This document shows positions 35,801-43,599 of a DNA stretch of 64,000 bases, piece by piece. The DNA lies in contig JAZOVV010000072.1 in NCBI GenBank assembly GCA_045658925.1, positions 17,280 to 81,279 of the forward strand, in the 5' to 3' direction. Positions within the stretch are counted from its first letter, which is position 1. Every line of letters begins with the position of its first letter. This DNA comes from Eubacteriales bacterium (lineage in GTDB: Bacteria > Bacillota > Clostridia > Oscillospirales > CAG-272). A program made the translations under genes and the position numbers. Under the pieces are notes generated by a model that was not told the origin of the DNA, searched no databases, and was given only the letters and a program-made list of their open reading frames with translations.

Positions 35801-37622
35801 TAAATACTGCCTTATAGGGCTTACTTCCGGCAGAAAGTGCGATGTCGCCGGGGGTTTGATTTTCGTCAACAACCCACGTATACTGACCCATATCGCTTGT
35901 GGGAAGTGCAATTTGACCCAAGGTGAGGTTGGGATTCCAAACTCCGGTAAGAACAACCTTATCGAATACGGTATCGGGATTGATCTTGTTAATCTTAAGC
36001 TTTTCGCTTACGTCGCTTGCTTTGTAGTTTTGGTGTTCGAATTTAAGAGTGATACTATGCTCGCCTGCGTTGATGTAGGCAGGATTTTCAAGCACGGTAA
36101 AGCTTTCGTATTGTTTGCCGTTGGCATCCTTAATAATATAAGAAAGCGTATGTTCTTGACCGTTGTAGTCGAACTCTTTTTTGCCAACGATCTCGATAAT
36201 CAGTTCTTTTTTCTCGACCTTTATTTGAACCGTACGTTCAATGACGTCATACTTGTCGAGGTCTCTGGGGGTAAATACGGCAATGTGCTCTTGGATACCT
36301 ACGTCACCAACCAAGGTGTCGGGGTATTTCCAAGACCATGTACCGTTACCGTTTTGGCTATCCTTGAAGAGCACATCTGCAAGTGTATCCTCGTAAATGG
36401 CAAAATCCTGCTCCAATACGGGGTCTGCAACGTCAAGAACGCTCGACTGAACAGTCAGTGTGCCCTCTTGAACATTGAGAATGACATTCGGGTTCGATGC
36501 CGTTGCGGTCAGCGTATACACACCGGCTCCGGCAACGATATCCTCAGGCTGAGTAACAGAGAGGCCAATCAGCTGAGCAACTGCTTCTGCACTCACATCA
36601 CCAATACCCAAGAGTTGATACTCAACCGTAGGATACGGTGTGCCCGCAACCATTTCGTAGCTGTTGATTTTAACCGTGATAGCTGCACGTTTGATTTCGT
36701 ATGTGCCAACGAGAGCACCCTCGTAATTGTCGGCATCAACTTCAAAGTAATAGTCGTATGTGCCGGCATCGGTATAGTTCGCTCCGGGAGTTTCAAAGAA
36801 AACGATTTCGAATCTTTCACCCTCTTGAGGAACTACATCTGTTTTGAAGGTAGGCTTTTGAACCGCACCGTTGTAAACAAAGCTTTCTACAACGTCAGAG
36901 AAAACAACGGTTTTCTTTGCTACGTTCACCGTAAGGGTATCGGTTGCGAGAACCGCTCCGGTTGCGTATTCAACGAAGCTGACGGGGAAAGTATGCTTGC
37001 CAACGTTACCGACGGTGCCCTCGGGTGCATCAAACTTCCATTGGCCAATAACGGTGTAAGGAAGATTGATTGCCGCGAGGTTATCTCCATAGGTTGCCTG
37101 AATCTCGGAGAGTGTCGGAATAATGGGTTCGTAAACGGCGTGGAAGGTCATGTTGTCGGCGATAACACCGGGAATTTCCGTAGACCAACCAACAAAATTG
37201 TAACCGGGTTTTTCCAGATGTACAACCTCGCCCAATTCGGCTCTGTTGAGCACGTGGACGCTTTGATATACGTCACCGTCAACCAAAAATTGGAGTTTGT
37301 ATTTTACGATGACCGGAAGGTTGAACGACTGACCGGAATAGTTGAATTTCAGTATGTGCGCACCGACCCTGGAGGTATCGACATGGGAGGTTACCATAGA
37401 AGCCTCTACGGGTACTTCTGTCGATACACCGTTTTCGGTTCTTGTGATTGTAATACGGCTCAAATCCATTGGCTCGCCGTACGTTGTAATTCCATCGAAA
37501 TTACTCACATTCAACTGATAGCTGATGCCGTCTTTATCCGTTCGCTTGCCACATGCGTTCATTGCAAACACACCTGTAACAATTAGGGTTAGGACGGTAA
37601 TCCAAACGATAATTCTTTTCAT
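26826..37622 (-). CDS. giant (3,598 aa) secreted/surface repeat protein: signal peptide, ~two dozen MBG-like YxG repeats, beta-helix-like module, InlB-B repeats, C-terminal Hint domain + acidic tail
   Basis: Uninterrupted ORF with RBS AAAGGAGAA. N-terminus is MKRIIVWITVLTLIVTGVFAMNAC. Reiterated F(V/T)YNG/YTG..P units, GW-containing repeats and CITAGTLITLADG... Hint. The antisense ORFs are nonsense. Confidence 0.9.
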   Translation of the reverse strand: MKRIIVWITVLTLIVTGVFAMNACGKRTDKDGISYQLNVSNFDGITTYGEPMDLSRITITRTENGVSTEVPVEASMVTSHVDTSRVGAHILKFNYSGQSFNLPVIVKYKLQFLVDGDVYQSVHVLNRAELGEVVHLEKPGYNFVGWSTEIPGVIADNMTFHAVYEPIIPTLSEIQATYGDNLAAINLPYTVIGQWKFDAPEGTVGNVGKHTFPVSFVEYATGAVLATDTLTVNVAKKTVVFSDVVESFVYNGAVQKPTFKTDVVPQEGERFEIVFFETPGANYTDAGTYDYYFEVDADNYEGALVGTYEIKRAAITVKINSYEMVAGTPYPTVEYQLLGIGDVSAEAVAQLIGLSVTQPEDIVAGAGVYTLTATASNPNVILNVQEGTLTVQSSVLDVADPVLEQDFAIYEDTLADVLFKDSQNGNGTWSWKYPDTLVGDVGIQEHIAVFTPRDLDKYDVIERTVQIKVEKKELIIEIVGKKEFDYNGQEHTLSYIIKDANGKQYESFTVLENPAYINAGEHSITLKFEHQNYKASDVSEKLKINKINPDTVFDKVVLTGVWNPNLTLGQIALPTSDMGQYTWVVDENQTPGDIALSAGSKPYKAVFTPYDEYKTNYNSVPGQFTLEIEQATAKIEGVKDHYDFTYNKNAFVLEGITTNHTVSELAVEYKLNGQKVDSILNAGEYVVTFTLPATTNYKEAVVTATVTVAKADAGKPTVDTAAFGDLLLNVVKFPENNEGNWTIELDATTNANENTKVGSVGEHKFVAVFTPTTENYNFAEVEITVKVAKKKIDVPQISGTNKSQVYTGALLNSGLASAEGYTVEDIGGTTVGTYKAKVVLDTTSYEWNDPNVQSTFEAEYSITPATNAWTTQPVINSWVYGQAGNNGSASAVLGDVKIEYKLASADDSTYTTVRPTNAGKYVARFTVVYANYFDLVQTCAFTIEKQTVNVPEYTKDYVYNGSPITVDIPTSNLYDIANHTNTDVRAGGYLASLTLTDSANYKWSNSESATITLAYTIGKANIVISNFSIAGWRYSQTANAPTYDVTFEDYTTVTLEYFDKDYNSIGATAPRNAGTYYVKATAAGNTNLNGYTTDFVQFTVAKASVSIDGVNDSYVESYNGAAFTLTGVKASNGATVTKVITKQGVDGTVDAIIGAGEYTITYTVAEGPNYLGATRTVEVTINKATVTISKPVIEGWTYGEAAKAPSAHFNETFAYGQINLKYFTDADCKNEITDLTNAGTYYVKAIFAGNDDLNAAASEATAFVVAQKAVTVPTVSNKPYNGQNQTSGLTAAEGYTVVDNGGTNVGPYTATVTLVSTNYIWKDGTSAVKELVYNITSIENTQEFEKTSYTATYGDLLKDIVKLPANVQGTWSIEGATEATTVGNAGTNTFKAIFEPDEVGNYNGRTVEITIVVAKKTVGKPIINPKEYTGDRLYSGLISNDLYTVVDDGGVDHGEYDVVLALVDADNYKWESTEDVSITLKFVISTAINAWVEGKLPTISSWEYESEGDHAGKATALHGDVLVEYKPADALDSAYSTELPEVPGNYVARFTTTDDNYTILTETINFSITKRVITPPKQMQSSFVYSGSLIKSDLSDGTGYAVIADEGRTNVGSFTATISLTSEHYVWNDGTTANKTFTYSITPATNTQDITVEYTATYGDLLKDIITLPTGIQGTWSIEGVTEATTVGNAGTQSFKAIFTPDATGNYNRRDVEITITVAKKTVNAPTEYTKEYTYTGSDITAVIPVESGLYTVSGNVAKNFGSYNATLTLTDSANYKWATTDAATTTVPYSIGKADVAVSITINGWTYGQAANAPLVSISKEFVGDVPYVVEYSADGLTWSTTVPTDADNYTVRVTVEENANYQVTAESVTEATFTIAKINTSITANEIYNFTYNGSAHMISATASNGNALSYTYEADGSEFTGVTNTGEYKVVITLAETDTHKGATVTVTVKVEKADVTISKPVINGWTYGESAKTPVASFNETFAQSSNGQITFKYFTDAACTAEIELPVNAGTYYVKAVFAGNDNLNEAESEAQSFTIAKAVVPVPSIANKDYNGQVQYSGLVSDIYTVTEAENPLNKGDYTVTLTLNTPANYAWTSVDNTSATATATYSILAVENTISVSIGNNAQWQYGTTEDVVNSYITVEVKYGGWTVAYRALGSTGEYTEGLPTKKGSYELKFTTTDPNCSIVSATRSVEILATSVAVPTIGNLTYNTTLQKPTVPAGLYTVVVNNGGTNVGTYSVELQLLDTDSSYWGEDTSDVANKTVTYEITKATVTLSGLAISNWNYNETASTPTVQMNLSVPYYFEYFADGAWSKTVPTKAGNYKVRAVVDKTDNYDAVTTDEVAFVINQATPSLTGTPTFGGGNKDKYYLNQFTYSYSGMGATHANANVPGAFTWGAPTFVANSGGYIELTFTPTDTANYKTVTTKYNINFVTVAVIDSTEYGSIEAALAAAVSGETVCVRPHDADLGPIYIKENVEIKSGVKLLLPYGVATDRMGRNQWTGDQPFFELHGGSCDYTNSNSYTSHNGGDKYRVHENNEGHYPSEQDPNKCIVKVILAAGKTITNKGILEIGGELSGGGAHAQYAGFTAGKHATLVLDAGAKIISENGSKIYAAGFIRESSANNGSEVIIQSGATLFQPYTIKDFRDGSYMAAAKNSMKSPYWVSPYNRFLMMNVSPKLTIYYGGALAVWASLFTGSTENNNTTTVTFIGSDKIRADATIVLNKSYSYLQAKYDPATEICDLTIYGGAKTQAMKLDIENVATVSTNDCFFPLTYHYNITLCKSDLRDANGNLLQGENEVALFEMGQRFKLMNGASLTIEEGVMVDINTLVVYETFVDNCAYHNAHYRYPNKPAAILTVNGELNCDYFGGKVYSNTEGAKVTINSGTSYTMYEITNISALSIFSSVNEWNTFTEEAKLVQADKTAIAPVKGKTWEYVNGVWETSISIHFDANEGDAVSSLIISTSDTVYPELPTPTRAHYIFMGWKDANGNIVSQGSALPANVDLANGITLTAQWTPQPYTLNFNFKYEGWEVGSEPANTLPGAIEFNVETASITLPIPTGTGTFVGWYKDAACTELIISISGAELLEISGGNATIYGLWTSKQFTIKFENDHFGDVPYDNDTAIYTPSQLPTASLPTIPDSYQTDVTINKYFEGWYYNGQKVTDFSFIDTSVSGEYTLTAKWIDKVSITYTANDQGVYTDLITNGSATLEYGKAYWYMSGTTIKLPNATANDSVIDDANKLHYFLSWTLNGAEFGKENANTDYSLSTDTVINIVWGTKTKISVTATKDADGSSAVAAKYAIKVSSTAADGGVYAEPSAVNNANATYYVIPGHYIKFTVSSSNGDHTLPTSWTEVGSAELSYNIHYRNKECITAGTLITLADGTQKKVEDLTMDDILLVFNHETGEYEAAGIIFIENDGWKEYNVITLTFSDGTTTKLIYEHAYFDLTLNKYVYITEQNHTDFIGHEFAMQSENGFERVTMTDATLAVEYTGCYSLVTVYHLNYFVDGLFSIPGGITGLFNIFEYGDDLVYDEEKMQADIEEYGLFTYEDFEEFLPYEFYVAFPASYLKVSIGKGLMTFDDIYLYIEQFLVKNGLM

Positions 37623-37740
37623 AATTTTCTCCTTTGAAAATCAAAGTCTATGAAGGATTATAAACGCGTGGACTCGTTTGTATTCCTTGGGCTAACAGTC
37701 ATAAAATTGACTAACTGTGGTTAAGTGTTTGGGGAATGCG

Positions 37741-40700
37741 TTATTTTTTTCTTGCAACAAAATCGTAAGCCTTTTCGCTTGCCAAAATCTTTTCCTGTTC
37801 TGCGGGATTAAACGTAGATTTGTTGTTGAAAATGAAGAAGTGGAAGTTTTCGTCACCTGCGGCAGCACTCAATTCGGAACGTCCTACTACACCCAGCGAG
37901 ACGTCGTACTGTGCAAGCTGATTAACAATGCTGCTATCGGAATCGAAAACGCAATAGTTTTTGCCGCCGCCAAAGAATGCGATACCTGCATGAACGTAGT
38001 CCTTGCCACCGTTGTGCTGGGTAACGATGTCTGCATAGTCATAACCAACGGCGCTTTTGGCTGCATTAATCATTTCTTGTATGTTGAGTTCCATTTCAAA
38101 GGGAGTACCGCCGGCATTGACAACTACGCCATTGACCTCAATCAAAGTAGAACTGTTAACGTCATCAACTGCCTTCCAGTTGTAAAGCCCAACCTCACCC
38201 TCAAAACGAAGCTTTGCACCGTACGAGGTTTTTGCAAGGTCGTACCAAGTACCGTGAATGTTGGATAAGGCAGGCATTGCTTTTGCTCCGTCATGAAGCA
38301 TACCGCCCGCAAAGTGCGAATCCATACCAATGGCAAAAATACCGGAGTCTTGGAATACGGAATCTCTTACTGTAATAAAGGTGTTAATAAATGCTTCATC
38401 GTATGCTTGCTTTTGTTCATCTGTAAAGTTATAGTACGTCTTTTTTGCGTTGTAAGCATTAGAAGCCTTGAAGGGGAGCTTGGAGGTATCGTACTGATAA
38501 TCCTCTGGGAAGGAAATGCTGTGGGGTACAAACACCTCATTTCCCTTTTCATCAGTAACATAATATCCACCATCGATAAACTGGTTCGAACCAACTCTCA
38601 TAATGAACTCTCTTGCCTGTGCAAGAATGGAGTTGGTAACGGTTACGTGAATATCCTTGGCATCGTCGTCAATGTCACCGAATGCGCGAAGCACGGTTCT
38701 GCCGTTTGTCAATCTGGAATATGCAATGGTAACGTTATCGCCAAATACCTCAACCGTGGTACCGATGTAATTCAATTCCACAAGGTTCAAGCTACCGGAG
38801 CCATCGTCGCCCAGGTCGCATCCGCGAAGCTCAACGTTGGTAACCGTAACACCCTCATAAAGAGCAAAGCAGATGTTATCCTGTGCCTTTACGCTGATGG
38901 TTGCTCCGTTATCCATAATCAATCGAACAAAGTCGAGAGGACCTTGGAAAAGCGCATTGGGATCTTGGTCCTTAGCACCATCACCGTTCTTGTCTTCGCC
39001 AAGCTTATAGGTGATGTTATCCGCACTGATTTTTTTGTTGTTGCCGTAAAGGTCGTTTCTGAATTCCAAAAGGATTTTTACCGTCGCCTCGTCCTCAATA
39101 CCTGCATTCTTGTAATAGGTATCGTCGTAGGTGGTGTGAATCGTTGTATATTTTTCAACATATTCCCCACCGATGTAACCGAAGTCATCCGTTACGTTGG
39201 TTTGCAGAACGATGGGATGATCGGTCGCCTTGGTTGCGTAGTAAAGGTCTGCATAGCTGTAAACGTTGATACCGTTCTCTACACAGCGAACTGTGAAACG
39301 GTTGCTTTCCATTTCAACGCCCGCATAAGAGAAGGAAACGTAGAACTCAACCTCGCCCAAGAAGTTTTCACCGTCATCAACAAAAGAAATGACGCCGGTC
39401 TTTTCGTCAATCATTACCTTATCGGGCATAGACGACTTCCACTTGAGGTTTGCTACACATTCTGCACTGATTTCATCGCTGAGAAGCTGATAGTTCAGAG
39501 CAAATACATTGTTGCCGGATGCTGCGCTAACAAGTGTGCGTACAAGCTCACCGTTTGCATCTCGCTTGAGTTTACCGGTTGTTTCATCAATAGCATATTC
39601 AAACTTATAGCCACCAACGGTGAGGAGGTCCTCAAGGCCGTAGGTTTCGGAAGCCTCAACAACGTCGATTTTTGTAGGCTTTACAACAACTGTTGTCGAA
39701 ATAGTGATAACCTGACTGGGGTCTTGCTCGCTTTGAATGGTCAACGTAACCGTTGCATATCCTGCCTTGCTTGCCTCTACAAGAACGTTTTTACCAACCG
39801 TTCTAACAGAGATATAATCGTTGGAGGCTGTTACCTCTTTGCAAATAATCTTTGCGTCCTCGGGAATGAGGGTGTAAGGAAGTTGAACCTTCTGTCCTAC
39901 GTTGATTGCAAAGGTTTCGCTGTTAAAGGCGGCCTCGATTTTGTCTACCTTGGAAACCTCGCAGGACTTGGTAAACGTATCACTGCCGGATTGGAAAGTA
40001 ATGTCAATTCTTACGCGTCCAACGTAAGCCTTGTCAACAAATCGATAGCTAAGAACAACGTCTTCGCCATCAATGCTGAATTCCGCCGCAATAACAGAAT
40101 TGGGGATGGGATTGCCGCTTACAGCATCAAAAACTTGATACGAAAGGTTTGCGGCGGTAAATGCTTCGGTAGACTCAATGGAAATCGGGATGTATCCCAC
40201 ATCTTGGAAGGTCGTAATTTGAGCCATGCCAAGGTCCATCGTGTCGGTGTTCTTTACAACGATATCGATGCTATCGGTGATAGTTGCATCGTCATCGGAA
40301 ACAACCGTGATGGTTGCCGCGCCCTTGCGAAGAGCACGAACCTCACCTGTATCCGAAACGGTTGCTACCGAGGGATTGGTGGATGTATAGTAAAGAACCT
40401 TGTTAGATGCATTCTCGGGGCTAAAGGTTGTGGTAACTTGTGCTTTTTCGCCTACCACCAACTCGTTTTTATCGATGGTTGCATCAATGGATTGCAGTTT
40501 TGTGGAAATAACGTGAATAACAACACTCGCCGGGAAGCCACGCTCAATGGTTGTAAGCGTAAGCTTTGCAGAGCCTGCGGCCAAGGGAGTAATAACAACC
40601 TTGCCCTCTTCCTCCATATTGAAGTCGAACTCTGCTACGGGTGCTTCACCGTATGCCTCAACGCCGACGTAAACGCCCTTGTTTTTAGCACCGGTGGGAT

Positions 40701-40890
40701 AAACGGTGTACTCAAGCGTGTATGATGTATCACCCTTGTCCATATACAAATAAATGATCTTGTCGCCGGTAATCTCAATGCCTTCTACACGAACATCAAC
40801 CAAATTGGCAACCGTTTGTGATGCGGCAAAGAGGAGTATCATAACGACGATCGGAATAATCAGCAAAAGTAATATCAGTTTTTTTGCCAT
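37741..40890 (-). CDS. signal-anchored 1,049-aa protein: Big_2-like Ig repeats + C-terminal beta-helix-like half
   Basis: RBS AAGGAGGA. N-terminal TM is LILLLLIIPIVVMILLFAA. Big_2-type segments (…ATVSDTGEVRALRKGAATITVVS…). The C-terminal half is rich in short beta-repeat patterns. Confidence 0.8.
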   Translation of the reverse strand: MAKKLILLLLIIPIVVMILLFAASQTVANLVDVRVEGIEITGDKIIYLYMDKGDTSYTLEYTVYPTGAKNKGVYVGVEAYGEAPVAEFDFNMEEEGKVVITPLAAGSAKLTLTTIERGFPASVVIHVISTKLQSIDATIDKNELVVGEKAQVTTTFSPENASNKVLYYTSTNPSVATVSDTGEVRALRKGAATITVVSDDDATITDSIDIVVKNTDTMDLGMAQITTFQDVGYIPISIESTEAFTAANLSYQVFDAVSGNPIPNSVIAAEFSIDGEDVVLSYRFVDKAYVGRVRIDITFQSGSDTFTKSCEVSKVDKIEAAFNSETFAINVGQKVQLPYTLIPEDAKIICKEVTASNDYISVRTVGKNVLVEASKAGYATVTLTIQSEQDPSQVITISTTVVVKPTKIDVVEASETYGLEDLLTVGGYKFEYAIDETTGKLKRDANGELVRTLVSAASGNNVFALNYQLLSDEISAECVANLKWKSSMPDKVMIDEKTGVISFVDDGENFLGEVEFYVSFSYAGVEMESNRFTVRCVENGINVYSYADLYYATKATDHPIVLQTNVTDDFGYIGGEYVEKYTTIHTTYDDTYYKNAGIEDEATVKILLEFRNDLYGNNKKISADNITYKLGEDKNGDGAKDQDPNALFQGPLDFVRLIMDNGATISVKAQDNICFALYEGVTVTNVELRGCDLGDDGSGSLNLVELNYIGTTVEVFGDNVTIAYSRLTNGRTVLRAFGDIDDDAKDIHVTVTNSILAQAREFIMRVGSNQFIDGGYYVTDEKGNEVFVPHSISFPEDYQYDTSKLPFKASNAYNAKKTYYNFTDEQKQAYDEAFINTFITVRDSVFQDSGIFAIGMDSHFAGGMLHDGAKAMPALSNIHGTWYDLAKTSYGAKLRFEGEVGLYNWKAVDDVNSSTLIEVNGVVVNAGGTPFEMELNIQEMINAAKSAVGYDYADIVTQHNGGKDYVHAGIAFFGGGKNYCVFDSDSSIVNQLAQYDVSLGVVGRSELSAAAGDENFHFFIFNNKSTFNPAEQEKILASEKAYDFVARKK

Positions 40891-40941
40891 TTAAGGATCC
40901 TCCTTAGCATTTGGTGCGTACCTATTATGCGGTCGCACAAA

Positions 40942-42615
40942 TTATTTAGTAAGTTTAGAAAATGCTTTTTCGATGTTGACGTGGTAGAAAACGATACTCG
41001 AAAGGAAGTAAACCAAAGCGATCGCTCCGGGAATGAGATAAGCGTAGGTCTCTTTGATGACGAGTCCGCCAATGAATTCGGGGTTGATTCCTGCAAATAC
41101 CGAAATGAAGAAGCAAAGGAAGCCGATGATAACGGCAAGGAACAAACCAATGGAAACCACCTTTGCAATGGTTCTGTCGCTGGTTCTTGCAACCTCTTCG
41201 GGAGAAGCATCGACAACCGCACAGTTGAGGTCGGTTCTCGTCGCAATCAGAATTTGCGAGAAGGAGAATACCAAGCTGATGGCGGCAACGATGAGAGCGT
41301 CAAACATTTCGATTTGAATCTCGGGGTGGAAGTACAGCAACAGTACGCTGCCGATAACCGAGAGCGAGCTGATAATGCTGCAGAAAAGCACCTTGGAGAA
41401 CAAGAGCTTGGATGCCTTTATCGGGAAGGACTTTGCCTTCAGGGCAGATTTGCCGTCTCTTGTAATATTCGTTGCACAGAAGGTGTTCGTCAAAATGGTG
41501 AACACAAGAACAACGATGAGTGCCAGTGCAAACTCAAATCCGCGTCCGAGCGCGTTGAATACCAACGTTTCAAACAACGTATAGGAGCAATAAATCATAA
41601 ACGGCATTGCAAATGCAATGGTAAAGTAAGAGAAAAGATATTTGGGCTCACGGTAAACCGTAACAAACTCTTTTCTAAGCAGGCTGGCAGTAACCTTGCG
41701 TTGGAAACCAAAGCTGCGCTTTTTGCGGCTCTTTCTGCCATCGCGGTTTCTGTAAAGAACCAGACGGTAGAGCGCACCGGTAATCAGGAACGTGAACAAC
41801 AGTGCTGCTGCGGCAACCGAAACGGAAATGATAAGCGACATTTGCATATCAACACCCATTTGAACGGATGCCAAAGAATTTGCGGGATAGGTGTATTCCT
41901 TTGCAGTAACCAGGATGTCTACAAACTCGTTGTTGAACAGGAATTTGATAGAGCCGGTTTCAAACAGTGCACGCAAAACGTCGAGAATCTTGGAGTAAAC
42001 GAAGAACGCGCCTACAACCAAGCCGGACAGTGCAACAAAGGAAAGGAAGTATCTTGTGCTCAAGAATTTGATAACTACCATATAGGGCAGAATCAAAACG
42101 GTTGCCATCAAGAAGGAAACCATAGGAAGCAACAGATAAACCAGAACCGTGCGAATCAGGAAATCATCTCCAACCCCCAAAACGAAGTAGAAGATGAGAT
42201 TGACGGGAATGATGAGCAAAAATGCCGTAACGTACGTCCAAAGCAAAAGAGCTGTGAACTTTGCACGGAAGATGGTGCCGTTTTTCACGGGCAGACGCAA
42301 AAAGATCGGAATATCCGAGTTTCTTGTCAGCGTGCTGCGCATCTTTTCAAGACACATAATGCCGAGCGCCACAATCAAAATGGTGTAAACGGCATTGATG
42401 AGCTCATATGCTCTCGCCATAGGGTCGATTACTTGGTTCACTTTAACTTCTAAGTAGCCGTCGGCAATGGAGTAAACCAGCAAGCCAAAAATGCCGGCGA
42501 TTGCAAGCGTAAAGAGAAGGGATGTAAATGCGCCGAGAAGGTCGAACCGCTTGCCGCGCGAACCCGGAAAGAGCATTCGGCGCTCATATTTGAATAGTGT
42601 TCGGAAGTTTCTCAT
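40942..42615 (-). CDS. ABC-transporter permease-like polytopic membrane protein (two hydrophobic halves)
   Basis: 557 aa. ATGA overlap with the upstream ATPase gene. About 12 hydrophobic segments split by a basic loop (RNRDGRKSRKKRSFGFQRK). Confidence 0.7.
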   Translation of the reverse strand: MRNFRTLFKYERRMLFPGSRGKRFDLLGAFTSLLFTLAIAGIFGLLVYSIADGYLEVKVNQVIDPMARAYELINAVYTILIVALGIMCLEKMRSTLTRNSDIPIFLRLPVKNGTIFRAKFTALLLWTYVTAFLLIIPVNLIFYFVLGVGDDFLIRTVLVYLLLPMVSFLMATVLILPYMVVIKFLSTRYFLSFVALSGLVVGAFFVYSKILDVLRALFETGSIKFLFNNEFVDILVTAKEYTYPANSLASVQMGVDMQMSLIISVSVAAAALLFTFLITGALYRLVLYRNRDGRKSRKKRSFGFQRKVTASLLRKEFVTVYREPKYLFSYFTIAFAMPFMIYCSYTLFETLVFNALGRGFEFALALIVVLVFTILTNTFCATNITRDGKSALKAKSFPIKASKLLFSKVLFCSIISSLSVIGSVLLLYFHPEIQIEMFDALIVAAISLVFSFSQILIATRTDLNCAVVDASPEEVARTSDRTIAKVVSIGLFLAVIIGFLCFFISVFAGINPEFIGGLVIKETYAYLIPGAIALVYFLSSIVFYHVNIEKAFSKLTK

Positions 42616-43343
42616 ACCTTTGCCACCCTTTGCGTAATCAACAAGAAGTAATTTTCAAGACTGCAACCGGTTCTCTTGAAGGCCGCCATATCGATTTCCT
42701 GCAGAATCTTTCCTTGGTCAATGATGTAAACTCTGTCACAAACCTTTTCAACAGTGTCAAGGTTGTGAGAGGAGAACAAAACAAGGTTTCCGTTTCTGCT
42801 ATGCTCATAGAAGAAGCGCTTGACCTGGTTTGCGGTGTGGGGGTCGAGACCTACCATAGGCTCGTCAAGGATGAACACCTTGGGGTTGTGAATGAGAGCG
42901 CCCATAAACGAAACCTTTTGCTTCATACCGTGAGAGTAGGAAGAAATCGGCTTGTAGATGGAGTCACCCAAAGCAAGCATCTCTTGGAACTTTTGAATTC
43001 TCGCCTTTCTGTCAGACGACTTCACCTGATAAATGTCTGCCATAAAGTTGACGAACTCATAGCCTGTCATTTTCTCAAAAAGCGTGTACTCATCGCTGAC
43101 GTAGCCGAAATTCTGCTTCGCCTCGATGGACTCGGTCATCAAATCGTGACCCGCAATGGTGATAGTTCCGTGCTCATAAGGGTGCATACCGGTAATGCAC
43201 TTAATGGTGGTGGATTTACCTGCACCGTTGTGACCGAGCACGCCAACGATTTCACCGGGGTTACCAACAATGTTGATATCCTCGATTGCGTAGTTGGCTC
43301 TCTTGTGGTACTTCTTGTAAAGGTTGCTAACTTCAAGTAACAT
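42612..43343 (-). CDS. ABC transporter ATP-binding protein (ABC-2/DrrA-like)
   Basis: Trimmed to the ATG at 43343 (GGGAGGAAAAAT RBS). Walker A GHNGAGKST, signature YSHGMKQK, Walker B FILDEP. Confidence 0.9.
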   Translation of the reverse strand: MLLEVSNLYKKYHKRANYAIEDINIVGNPGEIVGVLGHNGAGKSTTIKCITGMHPYEHGTITIAGHDLMTESIEAKQNFGYVSDEYTLFEKMTGYEFVNFMADIYQVKSSDRKARIQKFQEMLALGDSIYKPISSYSHGMKQKVSFMGALIHNPKVFILDEPMVGLDPHTANQVKRFFYEHSRNGNLVLFSSHNLDTVEKVCDRVYIIDQGKILQEIDMAAFKRTGCSLENYFLLITQRVAKV

Positions 43344-43421
43344 ATTTTTCCTCCCGGAGGGCGTTTCCCTTGCGGCCCATACCGTCTTCGGGGTTGCCCT
43401 TCTTTTTAATTTCGTGCTTTT

Positions 43422-43492
43422 AAAAAAAAAATACACCGCTCCCAACCCATCTATCGCTATAATAGGATATGAAAGATGATTGTGGACGGTGT
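43422..43492 (-). promoter_or_regulatory. leader hairpin followed by T10 (attenuator-like) in the 5' UTR of the ABC/giant-protein locus
   Basis: Long imperfect stem closed by ACACCG/CGGTGT (43433-38 / 43487-92). T10 on the minus strand corresponds to A10 at 43422-43431. Confidence 0.5.
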
Positions 43493-43503
43493 TTTGTGAA
43501 CTC

Positions 43504-43532
43504 ATTATAACACATAACGAGATGCTTGTCAA
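43504..43532 (-). promoter_or_regulatory. consensus sigma-A promoter of the ABC/giant-protein locus
   Basis: Minus strand TTGACA (43527-32), 17 nt spacer, TATAAT (43504-09). Confidence 0.75.
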
Positions 43533-43599
43533 TGGTTTTCCTTTCCAATTTCCCAAAAAGAAACAAATTTACACAATTCTTTTCGCTTTATTTACACTT

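Noticed and set aside
32193-37586. Very long antisense ORFs opposite real genes: 1,797 aa here, plus 26811-29756, 38293-40725, 40927-42453, 46689-49220, 51590-54601, 22999-24951, 21885-23117 and 5921-7174.
   Set aside because: They are codon-aligned reverse complements of the sense frames. Stops would arise only from sense TTA, CTA or TCA codons, which this genome evidently avoids. Their products are low-complexity Cys/Asn/Val/Arg-rich strings with no RBS. The opposite strands encode recognisable proteins.
37657-37662. Possible internal promoter (TATAAT) between the 1,049-aa gene and the giant gene.
   Set aside because: No convincing -35 element lies at the right spacing. I keep it only as an untested possibility within the operon finding.
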